From Octopus sinensis (Eukaryota): DNA of 64,000 nt. The stretch spans positions 79,050,001 to 79,114,000 of the forward strand of contig NC_043000.1 in assembly GCF_006345805.1 (NCBI RefSeq), written 5' to 3'. The translations under genes were made by a program, and so were the position numbers. This document shows positions 39,559 through 51,046 of the stretch, piece after piece; position 1 is the stretch's first letter, and each line of letters begins with the position of its first letter. The notes under the pieces were generated by a model. The model was given only the letters and a program-made list of their open reading frames with translations, did not search any database and had not been told where the DNA came from.

Positions 39559-39617
39559 GTGATTGTCGTGCGCTGATGATGGGTCAATACCCAGAAACTG
39601 CAGTCCGTGCGTATCAC
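39559..39617 (+). ncRNA. minimal type I hammerhead ribozyme
   Basis: Core CTGATGA (39573-39579); stem II tgggt/accca with caat loop; GAAA; palindromic stem III ACTGCAGT; GTC cleavage triplet (C39605); stem I cgtgcg/cgtgcg (4 WC + 2 GU pairs) extended by gtgat/atcac. Confidence 0.8.
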
Positions 39618-39764
39618 TTAGGTTGAAGAGGGAAGGATGACCTCCCTTTGCAAATACCAATAGGGCACAAAAAGTGTGCCTATAGCCAGCTGGAGGAGAT
39701 GTTCTCTACAAGCTACAGTAACACCCATCCTTAGTGGTTAGCCATATTGAGATGGCAAATATAC

Positions 39765-39812
<48 letters not shown>

Positions 39813-39813
<1 letters not shown>

Positions 39814-40539
39814 TAGCATTAAAGACCCGTCGTTGCCGGGTCATAGTGCTAGTGCATGTATATATGTGTATATATACATATTACATGTACATCTATATAT
39901 ATACATCTACACATAAAATGCAAAATTCAAAGTTATATCTTGATATCGCTAGTGATAACAATACTCAAAATATATAACAGACTGGAATTGTTAGCTCTTC
40001 TTTTTTCTCTACATTGTATACTTTATAGACAATAGTCTTTTCTTTTATTTTATTTTTTATTATCCATCTGGACTATTCCATTTCTGCACGCTAATTATAT
40101 TTTTAATTTATTCCCATACATGTGAAACCACTTATTCAAGTTTAAATCATTGATGCAATTTTATACCAATTGCTATTTTTAATTTTGTATGTTATGATTA
40201 TATTATACTTTAGTTTGATTTCAATTATTACTTACTACATATAATTCAATTGTTATTATTATTTTTATTGTTAAAGTGAAAGCATCTGACATAAAATAGA
40301 AAAATATTTTTGTTTCACTTTTAACACGTAATACTGAAATAGTGGAGAAGATATGATATTGCTGTGTGCTCGCTCTAGGCAAGAAGTTAAACATTTTTTT
40401 TGCCCATAAAACTACATGGACCCTAAGTAAGTCATGTGTAAAATTTGAATGAAATTGGTTGTGTAGTTCTCAAGTATTAGGGAAACACACAGGCAGACAG
40501 ACAGACAAACACACATTCTCAGTTTTATATATATAAAGA
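39813..40539 (-). mobile_element. non-autonomous Helitron
   Basis: Minus strand A|TCTTTATATATATAAAACTGAGAATGTGTG start; ends with the gacccggcaacgacgggtc hairpin and CTAG|T. Confidence 0.85.
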
Positions 40540-40719
40540 TATATACTATGGATTTCGTGATACCCAACCGGTTCTCGCTATTTAAATTAGCTTCACAAGG
40601 GACATTGTGAAGTAATCATTTCTTAAGAAAAAGGAGTCTCGCTATTTTAGATACATGAAAAGTAAGAATGAGTCTAGATAGTGGACAAACGGAGGCAACA
40701 GGTGGCAAGGGGTACAACT

Positions 40720-40975
40720 AACTCTTCATTATAATTGTTGAAATAGAAATGTGTAAGGATCAGATGGTCAAGTTTCTATATGAAGGTGTTGTCTGTACTT
40801 ATGTATGAAGAGATTTTCCTTGTTTAGGCTTCTTGTAAGGAGATTGAATTTTTGCATTGGTATAATGGGGAAATATGAAAATTCGGTGATTTCTCTCTTG
40901 CGTATATGTCAATATGTTCGCTCGAGGCTATCTGCCTGTATTGAATGAAACAAATCTGTTCTTTATGCAGACTCA
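40720..40975 (-). mobile_element. Penelope-like GIY-YIG C-terminal fragment
   Basis: MSLHKEQI...YRQIASSEHIDIYAREKSPNFHISPLYQ matches the H.QQI....SEH.D.C....F.I.PFY pattern. Confidence 0.55.
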
Positions 40976-43900
40976 TTATATTGTTCTTTTTCCGTCTTTC
41001 CCTTGTCTACATTATCCTGTAAATTAAATGTAAGTCCATATTGCAATACTGTTGTCACCATTATATTGTCCTTTTACAGTCTTTCCATTGTCTGCATTAT
41101 CCTGTAAATTAAATGTAAGTCCATATTGCAATACTGTTGTAACCATTATATTGTCCTTTTACAGTCCTTCCATTGTCTGTATTATCCTATAAATTAAATG
41201 TAACTCCATATTGCAATACTGTTGTCATCATTATATTGTTCTTTTACAGTATTTCCATTGTCTGTATTATCCTGTAAATTAAATGTAAGTCCATGTTGCA
41301 ATACTGTTGTCACCATTATATTGTTCTTTTACAGTCTTTCCATTGTCTGCATTATCCTGTAAATTAAATTTAAGTCCATATTGCAATACTGTTGTTACCA
41401 TTATATTGTCCTTTTACCGTCTTTCTATTGTCTGTATTATCCTGTAAATTAAATGTAAGTCCATATTGCAATACTGTTGTCATTATTATATTGTCCTTTT
41501 ACAGTCTTTCCATTGTCTGTATTATCCTGTAAATTAAATGTAATTCCATATTGCAATACTGTTGTTACCATTATATTGTTCTTTTCCAGTCTTTCCATTG
41601 TCTGCATTATCCTGTAAGTTAAATGTAAGTCCATATTGCAATACTGTTGTTACCATTATATTGTCCTTTTACAGTCTTTCCAATGTCTGTATTATCCTGT
41701 AAATTAAATGTAAGTCCATATTGCAATACTATTGTCACCATTTTATTGTTCTTTTACAGTCTTTCCATTGTCTGCATTATCCTGTAAATTAACTGTAAGT
41801 CCATATTGCAATACTGTTGTCACCATTATACTGTTCTTTTCCAGTCTTTCCATTGTCTGCATTATCCTGTAAATTAAATTTAAGTCCATATTGCAATACT
41901 GTTGTAACCATTATATTGTCCTTTTACAGTCTTTCCATTGTCTGTATTATCCTGTAAATTAAATGTAAGTCCATATTGCAATACTGTTGTCACCATTATA
42001 TTGTCCTTTTACAGTCTTTCCATTGTCTGTATTATCCTGTAAATTAAATGTAAGTCCATATTGCAATACTGTTGTTACCATTATATTGTCCTTTTACAGT
42101 CTTTCCATTGTCTGTATTATCCTGTAAATTAAATGTAAGTCCATATTGCAATAATGTTGTTACCATTATATTGTCCTTTTACAGTCTTCCCATTGTCTGT
42201 ATTATCCTGTAAATAAAATGTAAGTCAATATTGCAATACTGTTGTGACCATTATATTGTGCTTTTACAGTCTTTCCATTGTCTGTATTATCCGGTAAATT
42301 AAACGTAAGTCCATATTGCAATACTGTTGTCACCATTATATTGTCCTTTTACAGTCTTTCCGTTGTCTATATTATCTGGTAAGTTAAATGTAAGTCCATA
42401 TTGCAATACTGTTGTCACCATTATGCAGTTCTTTTACAGTCTTTCCATTGTCTGCATTATCCTGTAAATTAAATTTAAGTCCCTATTGCAATACTGTTGT
42501 TACCATTATATTGTCCTTTTACAGTCTTTCCATTGTCTGTATTATCCTGTAAATTAAACGTAAGTCCATATTGCAATACTGTTGTCACCATTATGCAGTT
42601 CTTTTACAGTCTTTTCATTGTCTGTATTATCCTGTAAATTAAATGTAAGTCCATATTGCAATACTGTTGTAACCATTATATTGTCCTTTTACAGTCTTTC
42701 CATTGTCTGTATTATCCTGTAAATTAAATGTAAGTCCATATTGCAATACTGTTGTCATCATTATATTGTTCTTTTACAGTCTTTTCATCGTCTGTATTAT
42801 CCTGTAAATTAAACGTAAGTCCATATTGCAATACTGTTGTCACCATTATATTGTTCTTTTACAGTCTTTCCATTGTCTGCATTATCCTGTAAATTAAATT
42901 TAAGTCCATATTGCAATACTGTTGTTACCATTATATTGTCCTTTTACAGTCTTTCCATAGTCTGCATTATCCTGTAACTTAAATGTAAGTCCATATTGCA
43001 ATACTGTTGTAATCATTATATTGTTCTTTTACAGTCTTTCCATTGTCTGTATTATCCTGTAAGTTAAATGTAAGTCCATATTGCAATACTGTTGTTACCT
43101 TTATATTGTCCTTTTACAGTCTTTCTATTGTCTGTATTATCCTGTAAATTAAATGTAAGTCCATATTGCAATACTGTTGTCATTATTATATTGTCCTTTT
43201 ACAGTCTTTCCATTGTCTGTATTATCCTGTAAATTAAATGTAATTCCATATTGCAATACTGTTGTTACCATTATATTGTTCTTTTCCAGTCTTTCCATTG
43301 TCTGCATTATCCTGTAAGTTAAATGTAAGTCCATATTGCAATACTGTTGTTACCATTATATTGTCCTTTTACAGTCTTTCCAATGTCTGTATTATCCTGT
43401 AAATTAAATGTAAGTCCATATTGCAATACTGTTGTAACCATTATATTGTCCTTTTACAGTCTTTCCATTGTCTGTATTATCCTGTAAATTAAATTTAAGT
43501 CCATATTGCAATACTGTTGTCACCATTATATTGTTCTTTTACAGTCTTTCCATTGTCTGCATTATCCTGTAACTTAAATGTAAGTCCATATTGCAATACT
43601 GTTGTCATCATTATATTGTTCTTTTACAGTCTTTCCAGTGTCTGTATTATCCTGTAAGTTAAATGTAAGTCCATATTGCAATACTGTTGTTACCTTTATA
43701 TTGTCCTTTTACAGTCTTTCTATTGTCTGTATTATCCTGTAAATTGAATGTAAGTCCATATTGCAATACTGTTGTCACCATTATATTGTCCTTTTACAGT
43801 CTTTCCATTGTCTATATTATCCTGTAAATTAAATGTAAGTCCTTATTGCAATACTGTTGTCACCATTATACTGTTCTTTTACAGTCTTTCCATTGTCTGC

Positions 43901-46297
43901 ATTATCCTGTAAATTAAATTTAAGTCCATATTGCAATACTGTTGTTACCATTATATTGACCTTTTACAGTCTTCCATTGTCTGTATTATCCTGTAACTTA
44001 AATATAAGTCCATATTGCAATACTGTTGTCATCATTATATTGTCCTTTTACAGTCTTTCCATTGTCTGTATTATCCTGTAAATTAACTGTAAGTCCATAT
44101 TGCAATACTGTTGTTACCATTATATTGTCCTTTTACAGTCTTTCCATTGTCTGTATTATCCTGTAAATTAAATGTAAGTCCATATTGCAATACTGTTGTT
44201 ACCATTATATTGTCCTTTTACAGTCTTTCCATTGTCTGTATTATCCTGTAAATTAAATTTAAGTCCATATTGCAATACTGTTGTCACCATTATATTGTTC
44301 TTTTACAGTCTTTCCATTGTCTGCATTATCCTGGAAATTAAATGTCAGTCCATATTGCAATACTGTTGTTACCATTATATTGTCCTTTTACAGTCTTTCC
44401 ATAGTCTGCATTATCCTGTAACTTAAATGTAAGTCCATATTGCAATACTGTTGTCATCATTATATTGTTCTTTTACAGTCTTTCCATTGTCTGTATTATC
44501 CTGTAAGTTAAATGTAAGTCCATATTGCAATACTGTTGTTACCTTTATATTGTCCTTTTACAGTCTTTCTATTGTCTGTATTATCCTGTAAATTAAATGT
44601 AAGTCCATATTGCAATACTGTTGTCATTATTATATTGTCCTTTTACAGTCTTTCCATTGTCTGTATTATCCTGTAAATTAAATGTAATTCCATATTGCAA
44701 TACTGTTGTTACCATTATATTGTTCTTTTCCAGTCTTTCCATTGTCTGCATTATCCTGTAAGTTAAATGTAAGTCCATATTGCAATACTGTTGTTACCAT
44801 TATATTGTCCTTTTACAGTCTTTCCAATGTCTGTATTATCCTGTAAATTAAATGTAAGTCCATATTGCAATACTATTGTCACCATGATATTGTTCTTTTA
44901 CAGTCTTTCCATTGTCTGCATTATCCTGTAAATTAAATGTAAGTCCATATTGCAATACTGTTGTAACCATTATATTTTCCTTTTACAGTCTTTCCATTGT
45001 CTGTATTATCCTGTAAATTAAATGTAAGTCCATATTGCAATACTGTTGTCATCATTATATTGTTCTTTTACAGTCTTTCCATTGTCTGCATTATCCTGTA
45101 AATTAAATTTAAGTCCATATTGCAATACTGTTGTAACCATTATATTGTCCTTTTACAGTCTTTCCATTGTCTGTATTATCCTGTAAATTAAATGTAAGTC
45201 CATATTGCAATACTGTTGTCACCATTATATTGTTCTTTTACAGTCTTTCCATTGTCTGCATTATCCTGTAAGTTAAATGTAAGTCCATATTGCAATACTG
45301 TTGTCATCATTATATTGTTCTGTTACAGTCTTTCCAGTGTCTGTATTATCCTGTAAGTTAAATGTAAGTCCATATTGCAATACTGTTGTTACCTTTATAT
45401 TGTCCTTTTACAGTCTTTCTATTGTCTGTATTATCCTGTAAATTGAATGTAAGTCCATATTGCAATACTGTTGTCATTATTATATTGTCCTTTTACAGTC
45501 TTTCCATTGTCTGTATTATCCTGTAAGTTAAATGTAAGTCCATATTGCAATACTGTTGTCACCATTATATTGTCCTTTTACAGTCTTTCCATTGTCTATA
45601 TTATCCTGTAAATTAAATGTAAGTCCTTATTGCAATACTGTTGTCACCATTATACTGTTCTTTTACAGTCTTTCCATTGTCTGCATTATCCTGTAAATTA
45701 AATTTAAGTCCATATTGCAATACTGTTGTTACCATTATATTGACCTTTTACAGTCTTCCATTGTCTGTATTATCCTGTAAATTAAATATAAGTCCATATT
45801 GCAATACTGTTGTCATCATTATATTGTCCTTTTACAGTCTTTCCATTGTCTGTATTATCCTGTAAATTAACTGTAAGTCCATATTGCAATACTGTTGTTA
45901 CCATTATATTGTCCTTTTACAGTCTTTCCATTGTCTGTATTATCCTGTAAATTAAATGTAAGTCCATATTGCAATACTGTTGTTACCATTATATTGTCCT
46001 TTTACAGTCTTTCCATTGTCTGTATTATCCTGTAAATTAAATTTAAGTCCATATTGCAATACTGTTGTCACCATTATATTGTTCTTTTACAGTCTTTCCA
46101 TTGTCTGCATTATCCTGGAAATTAAATGTCAGTCCATATTGCAATACTGTTGTTACCATTATATTGTCCTTTTACAGTCTTTCCATTGTCTGCATTATCC
46201 TGTAATTTAAATGTAAGTCCATATTGCAATACTCTTGTTACCATAATATTGTCCTTTCACAGTCTTTTCATTGTCTGTATTATCCTGTAAATTAACT
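40975..46297. repeat. 85-bp satellite/minisatellite array, about 62 copies
   Basis: Unit gtaaattaaatgtaagtccatattgcaatactgttgttaccattatattgtccttttacagtctttccattgtctgtattatcct; period 85 measured (41021 to 41106). Confidence 0.97.
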
Positions 46298-46329
46298 GCC
46301 TTTTAATTTTAATTTTAATTTTTATATTA

Positions 46330-46475
46330 CTAGCAGTGTCGCCCGACGGTGCTCGGGTTTGTTTCAACCCTATAGAATTGGAGTTTTTGAAAATTAAATA
46401 TTATGCATTGTAAATTTGAATGAAATTTGTTATGTAGTTCTTAAGTTTTAGACAGGCAGATAGACAGATATAGCA
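46330..46475 (-). mobile_element. short Helitron-like element / 3' terminus
   Basis: Minus strand aaacccgagcaccgtcgggcgacactgCTAG|T, near-identical to the terminus at 29701-29731. Confidence 0.7.
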
Positions 46476-46924
46476 GAAAACACATGCCAAGTTACCACAC
46501 AGTGGGTTTCAACTCAGGACCATGTGTTTTGTAACCCAGTTTGTTACTACACAGCCCCACCTGCACTTATTTATGTGTGTGTTTGTGTGTGTGTGTATGT
46601 GTGTGTATGTATGTGTGCATGTATGTGTGCATGTGTATCTATGTATGCATGTATATATGTGTATATATATGTGTACATATTTCATGTACATCTCTATACA
46701 TATATATATACATCTGCGCATACATGTATACATATACATCTATATCTATAGATACATCTATACATATACATCTCTATATATATACATGTATATATATATA
46801 TATATATATATCCATATATATATGTATATACAAGTAATGAGAGAGAGTCCACATGTGGTTACTCTAACGCTAGATATACATGTATATATATATACATCTA
46901 TACATATTCATCTATATGTATACA

Positions 46925-46955
<31 letters not shown>

Positions 46956-47017
46956 GTGTGTGTGTGTATGTGTGTGTGTTTGTGTGTTTGTGTGTGTATG
47001 TGTGTGTGTGTATGTGT

Positions 47018-47057
<40 letters not shown>

Positions 47058-47090
47058 GAAGGTTTGGAGATGATGTACAAGTATTTTATA

Positions 47091-47383
47091 TTAGAAGAAA
47101 TGAGGTACTCAGTAATTCGGATGGTTTTTATATTTACAAATATTTATTTGTATATTACATGTTTTTATACATCATATAACTTAGATCATGTATTAGCGCT
47201 TTCTCCCATTCTAGCGGGGTTTTCAAATCGAACTAAGCTTAGTTCGATTTGAAAACCTCACTAGAATGGGAGAAAGCGCTATTATATGTTCAGTGTTATA
47301 TTATGTATAAAAACATGTAATATACAAATAAATATCCGTAAATATAAAACCATCCGAAATTCTGAGTACCTCATTTCTTCTAA
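47091..47383. repeat. 293-bp spacer-less imperfect palindrome (foldback/MITE-like)
   Basis: Centre aactaag|cttagtt at 47237/47238; arms pair out to ttagaagaaatgaggtactcag / ctgagtacctcatttcttctaa. Confidence 0.92.
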
Positions 47384-47419
47384 CATATATATATATATAT
47401 ACATATGTATATATATATG

Positions 47420-47490
<71 letters not shown>

Positions 47491-47598
47491 ATATATATAT
47501 ATATGTATATATATGTATATATATATGTATATATATATATGTATATATATGTATATATATATAAATATATATATATATAAATATATATATATATAAAT

Positions 47599-47691
<93 letters not shown>

Positions 47692-47729
47692 AATAAATAT
47701 ATATGTGTGTGTGTGTGTGTAAATTTAAA

Positions 47730-47981
47730 TTTAAAATAATAATGGTGAAAAATTGAATTTTAATGTGATTAATATGAATTTAAATCCAGTGGTGTGGAGA
47801 AGATATGTTATTTCTATGGGCTAACTCTAGGTAAACAGTTTAAGATGTTTTTTGCCCATGACACTACATGGACCCTAAGGAAGGCATGTGTAAAATTTGA
47901 ATGAAATTGGTTGTGTAGTTCTCAAGTCCTAGGGATTCACACAGACAGACAGACACACATTCTTAGTTTTATATATATAGA
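47730..47981 (-). mobile_element. non-autonomous Helitron 5' part (same family as 39813-40539)
   Basis: A|TCTATATATATAAAACTAAGAATGTGTG; homologous to 40300-40539. Confidence 0.75.
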
Positions 47982-49067
47982 TAAGCTCGGTTTCACCTGG
48001 TCTGTTTGAATGATGAGACTATAATCGTCTTCGGTTAGGCATAATCTATAACAGCATTTCTCAACCTTTTCATTTCGAGTTACCTGTTTCGATTGGAGCC
48101 TCTAGGTTTATGAAAATTTCTCCCCCACCCCCACCCCGTCAAAAAACAGCTTCAGGAGTTGTGAAGAAAGAATTTGTAGATAGTCTGTTACTGAGAGCTA
48201 TTGTATTGGACCTCTGTCTAATCATTAAAACATTTATTTAATTATGGACATAGAAAGAAATTATACTTGAATCCCTATTTTTGTAAGCAGTTGTATCCAT
48301 AAAAATTTTATTTGCAGATGGCAGAAATTGAAAGAATATATGTGGAATGGACGTGTGTGTGTGTATATGTGTGCGTGTGTGTGTGTGGCGTGCTTGCTTG
48401 CGCGTGTGTATGTGAGAGAGAAAGAGGGTGAGAAAGAAAGATAGAGTGAGTGAAGTGAAAATATCTTCGCAGAAAACAGCTTCAAGAGTTGTGAAGAAAG
48501 AATTTATACGTAGTCTGTTTCTGAGAACTATTCTATTGGACCTCTATCTCATCACGTCTTTTAAGGTATACACACATACATAGAAAATGTGAGGTCATAG
48601 TAGAAAACTTTTACGATAGTTGATTTATGGAAAAGATTATGTGAAATCTGTGAATGAAAATGAAGTTCAGATGTCTACATGGTAGGTAGATCTGGTAGAA
48701 ATAGCAGCCAAAGGGAAAGTGGAGAAATATGGAAGAAGTCATTATTATACGCTTATAAAAATATAGACACGTACATTTTTTAGAGAAGAAAATGTAGGTG
48801 AGAGCTATTGTATTGGACATCTGAGTAATGAGAGAGCAGAAAGTGAAAGAAGATATATGAAATGGACTTGTGTGTGTGTGTGTGTGTTTTTCTTGCTAAT
48901 TTGGTGGGATTTTTGCAGTCAGTACGAGATGGTTTGTATTTTATCTCTGGAGGGGTGGAAAGCGGATCTTTTGAAGTCGTGAAAGTGATTGATCCCTTTC
49001 GTCCATGCCAAGGGGCGTGCATGTGTGTGTGAGGGAGGAAGAGAGAGAGAGAGTGTGTGTGTGTGTA

Positions 49068-49117
<50 letters not shown>

Positions 49118-49739
49118 CGTGTGTGTTTTTGATGTGGTGTGCGATATGGGCGAGAGAGTTAACTGAAATTTTGTTATTCACTTGTAACAGTGAGTGAAAA
49201 TGTGAGTAACAGAGAAAAGGAGAGAGGGTTATATATGTTGGCGGGGGGGTTTCTATTAGAAAAGTTTGCCTGAGAGAGAGAGAGGGGGGGCTGGGGGAGA
49301 AAGAGCGACAGAGAGACAGCAAATACGGAGGGGGAAAGAGAGTGAGTAGAAGCTGTGAAAAGCCGTTATAGACATAAATAGGAGGGAAGGGGGAAAGAGA
49401 GAGATAGAAGAAGAAAGGATGATAACCATTAGAGAGAAACAACAAACACTTGTCAATTTTCACTCTCTTTGCCATAGCAACCACATCTTTATAGCTGGCG
49501 AATTTTAACCATCGCAGGTCGGATCCTCACCACGCATTTAGTATCACTGACAATTTTCAGCTCGATCCTAGCACATCTAGTGCCATTGAATCCTTACCTA
49601 AGCCAAAGTGTCAAGTTTTTTCCTATTTTATAAAGGTAGATTATCACGGCTTTTTAAAAACACCGTTAGTTGAAACGACCAACCAAAATCAAATGTGTAT
49701 CTGTCAATGTGAATTACATCATAATATATATTATACATA

Positions 49740-50146
49740 TGTAGCGGCACAAGCAGTCAGCACTATATTGGATGAGATCTCGTGGCAGCCATTGCCATCT
49801 CTGAGACTAGAGCGAGACTTCCCCTGCATCCATTTGCCATGTGCGAGATCACAACGAGGCTCGCGATGGCAAACTGTGTATAAGGGCCAAACAGAAACAG
49901 TTTCACTCTCTCCGCTTCTTCGCAGCAGCGCTGCTGAGCACACTTCACTGACTGGGCCTGTCTGCATGTTGTACCCCCAGAAGCAGTGTGCCTGTACTAA
50001 CGGAGATACGACACAACGCACGCAGCTTGAGATGGTTGCTGAGAGCAACACACTTCACCTATTCTGTGAAACTTGTAAATAAACCGGTTGTAAATTGCAT
50101 TTATACTTAAAGACTTCTTTCTTCACCTGCCGGAGCCTGAACTACA
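49740..50146 (+). mobile_element. probable solo LTR
   Basis: TGTAG...CTACA termini, TATAA at ~49878 and AATAAA at ~50078 in LTR order; no TSD found. Confidence 0.5.
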
Positions 50147-50422
50147 CGAAGAACAAGATATAATGGGAGAAGGCGATATTCTCCCGATATCGCAAACCTT
50201 GCCTTCCATTATACGTATAACATAAATTCTTGTTCCATTCTGGATTAAAACTGCCCGACAAACGGGAACGTGAAACTCTGAGTAGCAGGATTTTGTGATA
50301 TTTTTGTGATGTCTTTGTAGCTTTAATAACAAAGCATGTTACTCTACCTCCGGTATTCGAGTACTATTTTTCCCACCTTGTTTCACATTCATATGATTAC
50401 TCTGGTACACACACATGCATGC

Positions 50423-50458
<36 letters not shown>

Positions 50459-50461
50459 GCT

Positions 50462-50525
<64 letters not shown>

Positions 50526-50788
50526 AGTTACACAGAGGATATATTAACTTCACCGGTTCAGTACTAAATATATTAATTGTGCTTATTAAATAAACTACAA
50601 ATTTATGGTTTAAATGTGATATTGTGTTTATACCTTATAAATGCAAATTTAAACCATAAATTTATAATTTATTTAATATGCGCGCAATTGAAACAGCTGA
50701 ATGAAATATGAAGTATCATTTTATAAATAAATAATTATTTACTTTCAAATATCAATTTTTTTTTCTTCTTTCAATTAAGCGAATATGG

Positions 50789-50866
<78 letters not shown>

Positions 50867-50872
<6 letters not shown>

Positions 50873-50985
50873 GATTCAAAAGTCGCCATACATAATTTAT
50901 TTTTTATAAGAGACAGTTTTTTTTATTTAACTGCTTCTTATAAAAAAATAAACTGTTCCTGTGTATAGTGACTTTTTAATCACCC

Positions 50986-50987
<2 letters not shown>
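50867..50987. mobile_element. Tc1/mariner-type MITE
   Basis: ~26-bp TIRs (taaggtgattcaaaagtcgccataca / tgtatagtgactttttaatcaccctg) and palindromic interior, in a (TA)n context. Confidence 0.75.

Positions 50988-51044
<57 letters not shown>

Positions 51045-51046
<2 letters not shown>

Noticed and set aside
40975-46297. CRISPR-like or coding interpretation of the 85-bp array
   Set aside because: No unique spacers, the period is not a multiple of 3, stops are frequent, and the context is eukaryotic with no cas genes.
48142-48830. Degenerate ~330-bp tandem duplication (aaaacagcttca.gagttgtgaagaaagaattt)
   Set aside because: Ordinary old local duplication with no further structure.
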